Positions 58,029 to 64,000 of a stretch of DNA of 64,000 nt are shown here, one piece after another. Position 1 is the first letter of the stretch; every line of letters starts with the position of its first letter. A program made the position numbers and the translations under genes. This DNA comes from Microgenomates group bacterium RBG_16_45_19 (GTDB taxonomy: Bacteria > Patescibacteriota > Microgenomatia > UBA1400 > RBG-16-45-19): the NCBI GenBank assembly GCA_001803415.1, contig MHDC01000011.1, positions 4,642 through 68,641 of the forward strand, given 5' to 3'. The notes beneath the pieces are model-generated. The model was not told the DNA's origin, did not search any database, and saw only the letters and a list, made by a program, of their open reading frames with translations.

Positions 58029-58472
58029 ATGAATGACCAGAAAAACCATCAACCATCAAATACTAACCAACCTCAACCCCATGACCCCTTTTTAGCCGAT
58101 GAGCTGGATGTGCTGGAGGCAGTGGCGAAGTTGGAGCAGAAGTACGGGAAAAAGATTTTAACCGAGGAGCAGAGGGGAAAACTTTTACAAGCCAGGAGGG
58201 GTGAAGGTGGGCAAACTGCTGAAGTCAGTGTAACAAAGATTAATCAATTAAAATCAATAGGTGGTATTGGACAGAAAGAAGCAGAGTGGTTGGTGGCAGC
58301 TTTAAGGGCTAAATTGAAGAATGACATTAGTAATAATTTAGGGAAATATAGCTGGGATAGTTTTAGTGAGAAACAAAAGCAATATGTGATTTCGTGTTAT
58401 TTCCAATTAGTTTACGGGACATCGGAGTACCATTTGGCGGAATTGTTGGCTGGAGGAGGCAAGAATGCCTGA
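58029..58472 (+). CDS. Hypothetical protein
   Basis: 147-aa ORF; shares MND...DPFLADELD with the HEPN protein. Confidence 0.7.
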   Translation: MNDQKNHQPSNTNQPQPHDPFLADELDVLEAVAKLEQKYGKKILTEEQRGKLLQARRGEGGQTAEVSVTKINQLKSIGGIGQKEAEWLVAALRAKLKNDISNNLGKYSWDSFSEKQKQYVISCYFQLVYGTSEYHLAELLAGGGKNA

Positions 58473-61400
58473 AAGATCTGAGTTGGAAGTTTTAGTACCT
58501 CAAATGAGGCGGGTGTTGCCGCCAGAATATATGGTGGGGCCGATTGGGGAGGCGATCTTGAAACCTGATTATCGAGACTTAGATCTATTTACTCCGGAGG
58601 AATCAGCAAAAATTGTGGCAGGGATGGAAAAGTATGCCGGTGGAGATATCCGTGATTTTGATTTTTTAACAGAGAAGGTGGATGTATTGGGTGATTCGAA
58701 GGTATTAACGCCGCGTATGCCCCATTTGTTATCTGATTTAGGAGTAAGCGAATTATTAACTGGATTAGCAGACCGTAAAATTAATATTGAGCAAGTAGAT
58801 GTTGAGGATAAGCGTTTTAAGAGATTGTCTGGATTGTTAGTCGAGTTAGATAATTTTTTACGAAGCTCTGGAGGGCGTGGCGATTTACGTGATGAATTAA
58901 GTGGATTAAGCCTGGAAGATTTAAAGGAAATTGCGAGAATTGAATTAGTCGGAGCTGATGAACAGGCGGGGCGATTAAATTTTCAGGATCCAGAACGTGG
59001 AGCTCAAGATGTGCGGGAAGCGATTGAAAAATGGAGAGCAAGGAAAAACTTACATCGGGTGGTGACGATTCCGGCAGATTACTATCAGGCTGAAAGTGGT
59101 TTACCCGGGGGGCAGTTAATAGTGCCTGATGACATGTTTGTTCCAGGAACGCGGGTGATTAAACCCAATTTATTAGATCGACCAGTGATTGTGCGTCAGG
59201 TAAACGGAGGAGGGTTTGCAGTGGTGCCAATGGCGGAGAGACCACTGGTTAACATAAAAGATGATAAGCTTGGATACCGACGGGTAGTGGAACGGTTTCA
59301 AGTAATAGAGTTTGTCAAAAGATTAGCGCACGGCGAGGGCGATGAGCAACAGTTCTTAAGAGTATTGCAATTAGCTTTCAAGGCTGAGGGGTTAGATCAA
59401 GGGACGTTAATTAAAGCGTATCTACCAGGGATGAAAAAAGCGATTGAGTTTTATGATTACGCAACGAAGGCAACGGAAAAAGATGACATACGTGGGGCGA
59501 AGCAGTTTGTGATGAGTCCAATCGAACAGGCATCCTTGTTAGCAGTACCAGAATCAACGTTGTTATTTGATTTTGGTAAAGATAAGGCAGGGAATGAAAG
59601 GTTAGCCCCCTTTTATATTGGGGTGAATAGGGTGGTGGATTCGTTGTGGGGGGATTATGGCCGGTGGAAGAAACAGGAAGGGGAATGGTTGTTTATTCAC
59701 CCATATAGTCCTAATGAACCGAAGGTACTCTCAGCCTTTCGACCTGAGTTGAGGGGGATGTTACGTCCGGTATATGTACCGGAAGAAGACCCGATGAGAA
59801 TAGGTCGCACAATTGCGGCCCAAGAAATGTATACGATGCAGCCAATGATGCGGGAAGAATTGGGGGGGATTAGTTGGTATGAGCAAACCACAAATGAAAT
59901 GAAAGCTTTTGTTGCCGAGAGGAATTGGAGTTTTGATGAGTTGGTGGGGATTCGGGGGGTTTTATTTGACAATGGGAGACCTTTAGTGATTTCCTCTAAG
60001 AAAATACAGGAGAAAATAGCGGAGGCGGGCGGAAACGTTAGTGCTGGAATTGAAATGATGTTGCAAACACCAATGTTTGCAACACACGTTGAAGAATTAG
60101 TAGCTGGTTGGGGATTGTCAGCTCTCTTTCAGAGAGAACGGAGGGGAGATTTGTTACTGGCGTCTGATTTTGTCAGTGAATTAGCAATAAATATGGGGAT
60201 GAGGGATGCCCATACAAAGAAATATTTACTTTTACCACCTGAAACAATCCGGATGGTGCGGAATTGGCATAAAGAATTTGAATTTTGGAAAAAGGAATAT
60301 GTTGATTGGATGATAATAGCCTTGAAAAGCAAGAAGGGATTTAGGGCAACTTTTAGAAATGTATTAAATCCGGATAACTCGCCAGAAATTGCCCCGATTT
60401 GTTTTAGGAATGAAACAAATGCAGACGGTAGCCTGAAAAGTATTGCACAGAAAATTGGCGAATTAGAGAGTAAAAATAAGATTGGGGAGTTAAGCGATGA
60501 AGAACTGATTTTGTGGAATAATTTAAAGAATGGAACGACATTGGTGGAGGCATTGTTGTATGGGCGAAATGAGTGGGGGTTTTCGACTGTTTTTCGTAAT
60601 ATGGCAAATGGACTGGTGGATTTAAGTAATAAGGCTAAAGAAGCGCGGAAGGATGGTAAAACTGGTAAAGCCGAAGGGCTAGAAAAGTTAGCTAGGGACT
60701 TAAAGGTTAAGGCATTTAAGACCTATGTGCTGGGATATAGTGATTTAGCGCCTAATGCTTTTAGACGCGGACAACAGCAGATAGGCCCGCTTTTACAGAC
60801 GGTGCAGGAAGATCAGGAAATGATGGAATGGCTTGCGGATTTTAATTTTGGGCCTTTATTAGATTCAGTGGGAGACCAATCTGGGGTGAAGGATCCGATC
60901 GGGCGAACGTCTTTAACAGGATTTTCACTATGTATGAAGATGCGAGGTTCGCGCAATATTATGGTGGGTGAAGTAGATAAGCCAGGGAAATATATTACCA
61001 AATATCCTTATGTAGCGGCGGAGTTGGGATCAAGTATGTTAGCGGCGGTACCGACGTTAAATAATGCCATAAACTCAATGATTATGAATTTAGCTTTTGG
61101 GAAACCGGACCGTTTAGAGGCAATGAGTGCGGACCAATTTGGAGAGGCTTTGGCCAAGATGGTGGTGGACTGGTTATTTGTAGGAATGCGGTCACAATCA
61201 GAGACTTCACAACTATTAAAGGAAGGGATTGAGGCGTTTGTAGATAAAGCTTTGATAAATACTGCTCACCTGTCGGCTTTGGAGGGGGAAGAACTAGTAG
61301 CTAATACTTTTAGGGAAATTCATCGAGTATCTCAAGGGATGATTGACACGGCACTGATTTACCAAAAATCGTTTAGGCGTGAAAGCGTGGAAGAAAGTAA

Positions 61401-61926
61401 GGTTGACTTGGCTACTAAGAGAGCTGGGGTTCAATATCTATCATTTGATGGGAACGACCCGTTGGCGGTTGAAGTAATAAGAGGTGCGGGATTTGATACA
61501 AATTATCCGTCTGAGATCGCTGGCAAGAAACCGTATGTGTCGTTGGGTGATGAAGCGTTGGATTTAGCGAGCGTAGAGGTGATTGCAGGTTTTGTGGAGG
61601 GGGGTGTGAATGTGAAAGAAGTATTAAGAAAAGTATCTAGTTTTAGCGCGTATGGACACCGGGGGGCGGAAGCGTTGACAGTGATAATTATGTCAATGTT
61701 TGCACGAGATAAGCTGTTGTATTCTAAAGAGCGAGAGGATCTTTTATTATCAACTCTAAAGATTGATAGAAGTTTTTTTGAAAGAATTAAGTATATCGCA
61801 GCGGTGAAATTACTAGAAATTGAAGAAGCTGAAGGAGGTGAAGTTGTACAAGTATCTAAAGATAATGAAGAGAGTGAGGCTCCATCAGCGACTAAAGAGA
61901 ATGAAGGTGGCGAGATTCCAGATTAG
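58465..61926 (+). CDS. Large hypothetical protein (1153 aa)
   Basis: Long ORF with GGAGG RBS, coupled to the upstream gene; no recognised domain, TM or signal peptide. Confidence 0.85.
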   Translation: MPERSELEVLVPQMRRVLPPEYMVGPIGEAILKPDYRDLDLFTPEESAKIVAGMEKYAGGDIRDFDFLTEKVDVLGDSKVLTPRMPHLLSDLGVSELLTGLADRKINIEQVDVEDKRFKRLSGLLVELDNFLRSSGGRGDLRDELSGLSLEDLKEIARIELVGADEQAGRLNFQDPERGAQDVREAIEKWRARKNLHRVVTIPADYYQAESGLPGGQLIVPDDMFVPGTRVIKPNLLDRPVIVRQVNGGGFAVVPMAERPLVNIKDDKLGYRRVVERFQVIEFVKRLAHGEGDEQQFLRVLQLAFKAEGLDQGTLIKAYLPGMKKAIEFYDYATKATEKDDIRGAKQFVMSPIEQASLLAVPESTLLFDFGKDKAGNERLAPFYIGVNRVVDSLWGDYGRWKKQEGEWLFIHPYSPNEPKVLSAFRPELRGMLRPVYVPEEDPMRIGRTIAAQEMYTMQPMMREELGGISWYEQTTNEMKAFVAERNWSFDELVGIRGVLFDNGRPLVISSKKIQEKIAEAGGNVSAGIEMMLQTPMFATHVEELVAGWGLSALFQRERRGDLLLASDFVSELAINMGMRDAHTKKYLLLPPETIRMVRNWHKEFEFWKKEYVDWMIIALKSKKGFRATFRNVLNPDNSPEIAPICFRNETNADGSLKSIAQKIGELESKNKIGELSDEELILWNNLKNGTTLVEALLYGRNEWGFSTVFRNMANGLVDLSNKAKEARKDGKTGKAEGLEKLARDLKVKAFKTYVLGYSDLAPNAFRRGQQQIGPLLQTVQEDQEMMEWLADFNFGPLLDSVGDQSGVKDPIGRTSLTGFSLCMKMRGSRNIMVGEVDKPGKYITKYPYVAAELGSSMLAAVPTLNNAINSMIMNLAFGKPDRLEAMSADQFGEALAKMVVDWLFVGMRSQSETSQLLKEGIEAFVDKALINTAHLSALEGEELVANTFREIHRVSQGMIDTALIYQKSFRRESVEESKVDLATKRAGVQYLSFDGNDPLAVEVIRGAGFDTNYPSEIAGKKPYVSLGDEALDLASVEVIAGFVEGGVNVKEVLRKVSSFSAYGHRGAEALTVIIMSMFARDKLLYSKEREDLLLSTLKIDRSFFERIKYIAAVKLLEIEEAEGGEVVQVSKDNEESEAPSATKENEGGEIPD

Positions 61927-61942
61927 GGAGTAGGTGAATTGG

Positions 61943-63604
61943 TTAAGATACTTCAGACGAAGGCTTCTGTTCCTTACCAGTGGTTCCAATGTTGACGGGT
62001 GTAGATCTACCAAGATTGCGGAGTCTATTGTACTGGGTATGAGTCATACGTTCCCCGGTGGTACTAACGTCACTACTGGCGGCGGCATCTTTACTAACTG
62101 CTCTGCCAGCTTTGTATTTTTGCCACCAACCACCGATATTCTGGGCGGTATACGATAAGCCAACTTGAGTGGCCGCGCCACCAACCATAGCAAATGGAGC
62201 TCTGATGACCCCATAACCGCGTTTGGCGTTTTCGAAGGCCTGAGCGCCGTATTTGTCTTCTTCCACTTTTAGGAATCCCTTGACTATTTTAACCACTTCG
62301 GGTAGTAACATTATAAACCCGAGGCCAATGATGGCCTGGATGGTGCGGGGGCCAAACTCTTCAGTTTCACCTTGGTTGACCCAGGTTATACCCCTGGAGG
62401 TGATGAGGGGAGGGACGAAGCCAGTGTAGTCGGTGCCTCCACCTTCACCAAAGCCAAAACCAGCCCGTTGTTCCCCAGAAGGGGTGATGCCCATACTGGC
62501 AACTGAGTCACCTCCAGCCAGGAAAGCGCCAATGACTACCATGATGATGACGGCCGGGAAAACAGCAGCGTTGGAAATGAGATTTTTTATCCAGGAGCTA
62601 AAAGTACTGGAACCGGGGAAGGCGTTGGTGAGGAGTTGAATGGGAGCGAAGATAACACCGACAATGATACCAATGTAGGCGGAGAGGAGGCCGAAAAAGG
62701 TGCGAAACATGGCGATAAAGATGGCAATGGCGATAGCCAGGTAGAAGACGGAGTCGAGAATCCAATCAAATATACCACCGGGAAGACCAACGAGTCCTTG
62801 AACCATAGCGGAAACAGCATTAGCCGTATCGCCGGCCACTTCCATAGGGGAAATAAAATACTTAATGCCGATGCGGAAGATGCTTAAGCCAAAGAGAGCA
62901 TTAGCAGCAGTGGTGAGGTCGCTGATGATGCCGGCGGCTTCCAGGATGCTTAAAGCCCCCATGCCAACGAGATAGATAAGATCAACGACAAAGCCGGCGA
63001 TGGCATAGGAAAAGGTGATCAGGATAAGGGTGATGATTAGCTTGGGTAAGGCTGCCTGAATGGTGACCACGGTCTGTTGGTCGATTTGAGCCCGAAACAT
63101 AATCATGAAACCGACGACTATAAAGACAATGATAAAGAGGAAATAAGAGACATTGCGAAAAGCTTTCCAGACTTGAAGGATGGGGGAAAGGGAGGAGAAA
63201 CCAAGACCTTGGGCGTAAGCCTGGGGAACTAAATGAGTGTTTTTAAGGACATCAGCCAGATATTCGCCAGTAGTAGCAGGAGGAACAACGGCGATGTAAC
63301 TAATACCTTGGGCTAAGACGGCCACCGCCCCTCCGTAGTGATAATTAAAAGTACCGTCGGTGTTTTCGGTGGCCTCAATGGAATAGAAAGATTGACCGAC
63401 ATTGGTGGTGTCGGCTCCCCAACCTTCTTTGGAGAATTTAGCCATATTGAGAGGCTGGTCATCTTCGGCGGCCTTGATGAAATCTTTCATGTTTCGAGCT
63501 TGGATTTGAGAGAGATGAGGGAAGAAGTTGGGAATGATGAGGAGAGAAATCCCGATGAGGTAGAGAATTAAATGAGAATGAGGCAGAAGTTTAGAGAGGG
63601 ACAT
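61943..63604 (-). CDS. Polytopic membrane protein, VirB6/TrbL-like
   Basis: 'WKAFRNVSYFLF..GFMIMFR', 'ITFSYAIAGFVVDL', 'IFAPIQLL', 'WIKNLIS'. Confidence 0.7.
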   Translation of the reverse strand: MSLSKLLPHSHLILYLIGISLLIIPNFFPHLSQIQARNMKDFIKAAEDDQPLNMAKFSKEGWGADTTNVGQSFYSIEATENTDGTFNYHYGGAVAVLAQGISYIAVVPPATTGEYLADVLKNTHLVPQAYAQGLGFSSLSPILQVWKAFRNVSYFLFIIVFIVVGFMIMFRAQIDQQTVVTIQAALPKLIITLILITFSYAIAGFVVDLIYLVGMGALSILEAAGIISDLTTAANALFGLSIFRIGIKYFISPMEVAGDTANAVSAMVQGLVGLPGGIFDWILDSVFYLAIAIAIFIAMFRTFFGLLSAYIGIIVGVIFAPIQLLTNAFPGSSTFSSWIKNLISNAAVFPAVIIMVVIGAFLAGGDSVASMGITPSGEQRAGFGFGEGGGTDYTGFVPPLITSRGITWVNQGETEEFGPRTIQAIIGLGFIMLLPEVVKIVKGFLKVEEDKYGAQAFENAKRGYGVIRAPFAMVGGAATQVGLSYTAQNIGGWWQKYKAGRAVSKDAAASSDVSTTGERMTHTQYNRLRNLGRSTPVNIGTTGKEQKPSSEVS

Positions 63605-63660
63605 AGGGTTAAGATTTATTGTACTTTGGATTAGTCGAGCGGTGCAAGCTTAAGGATGGT

Positions 63661-64000
63661 TTAGGGTTGGCAATTGGCGGGGAGGGTGGGGGTAAAGATG
63701 TCAAGCCAGAGGCGGATGCCGTCGGGGAAGTTGGAGGGGAAAGGTGGGCAAGTGCCATAGCCGACTTTCCAGCGGCAGAGGAGCTGCTCCAGGTCGCCGC
63801 CGACGGTATTTAGAGTGTTGGCCAGCTGTTGGATTTGGCTGGCCATGGAGCCACCACCGCGAGCGCCCAAATAGTCGCGGGATATAGCGCCAAAAGCTGA
63901 CTCGTGAGCGGCCAAGGCCATGACTAAGGCGGGATTGAGACCTGCCTGTACGGCTAGATTCTGCAGTTGTTGCCAGTCGCTCATAAAGTTGTCAAAAGCT
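63661..64000 (-). CDS. Lytic transglycosylase/lysozyme-like domain protein (5'-partial)
   Basis: 'AGLNPALVMALAAHESAFG'; the frame is open to the window edge. Confidence 0.6.
   Translation of the reverse strand, partial: AFDNFMSDWQQLQNLAVQAGLNPALVMALAAHESAFGAISRDYLGARGGGSMASQIQQLANTLNTVGGDLEQLLCRWKVGYGTCPPFPSNFPDGIRLWLDIFTPTLPANCQP

Noticed and set aside
40744-64000. Integrative conjugative element
   Set aside because: No relaxase, integrase or att sites seen, and the genes are interleaved with core oriC genes.

Overview
Gene-dense chromosomal window using the standard genetic code. Gene content and architecture suggest a Patescibacteria/CPR bacterium, probably Microgenomates-like; this is an inference. 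Left to right: small hypothetical genes; groES-groEL under a sigma70 promoter bracketed by two CIRCE-like operators; a divergent YidC-like membrane protein; and a minimal group-3-like [NiFe]-hydrogenase region. That region has a large subunit, a one-cluster small subunit with a CCED motif, a Pro-tethered ferredoxin, an FNR-like reductase, HypC-like, DUF6390-like, EamA and maturation-protease genes, with no hypA/B/D/E/F in the window. Next come a tsaC-tsaE fusion and tsaD, an interrupted Rrf2-sufCBDS..sufU operon, valS, rplY, and the oriC cluster (jag-yidC..yidD-rnpA-rpmH / dnaA-oriC-dnaN). The oriC cluster is interleaved with a CPR-type T4SS-like gene set (VirB4, VirD4-like, PrgI, M23, VirB6-like, SLT). 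Six toxin-antitoxin modules are wedged into these operons, two of them flanked by duplicated gene ends. Three short repeat families are dispersed through the window, including in-frame inside proteins. I found no tRNA, rRNA, CRISPR array, transposase or integrase. All calls come from motif recognition by eye; no database searches were run.
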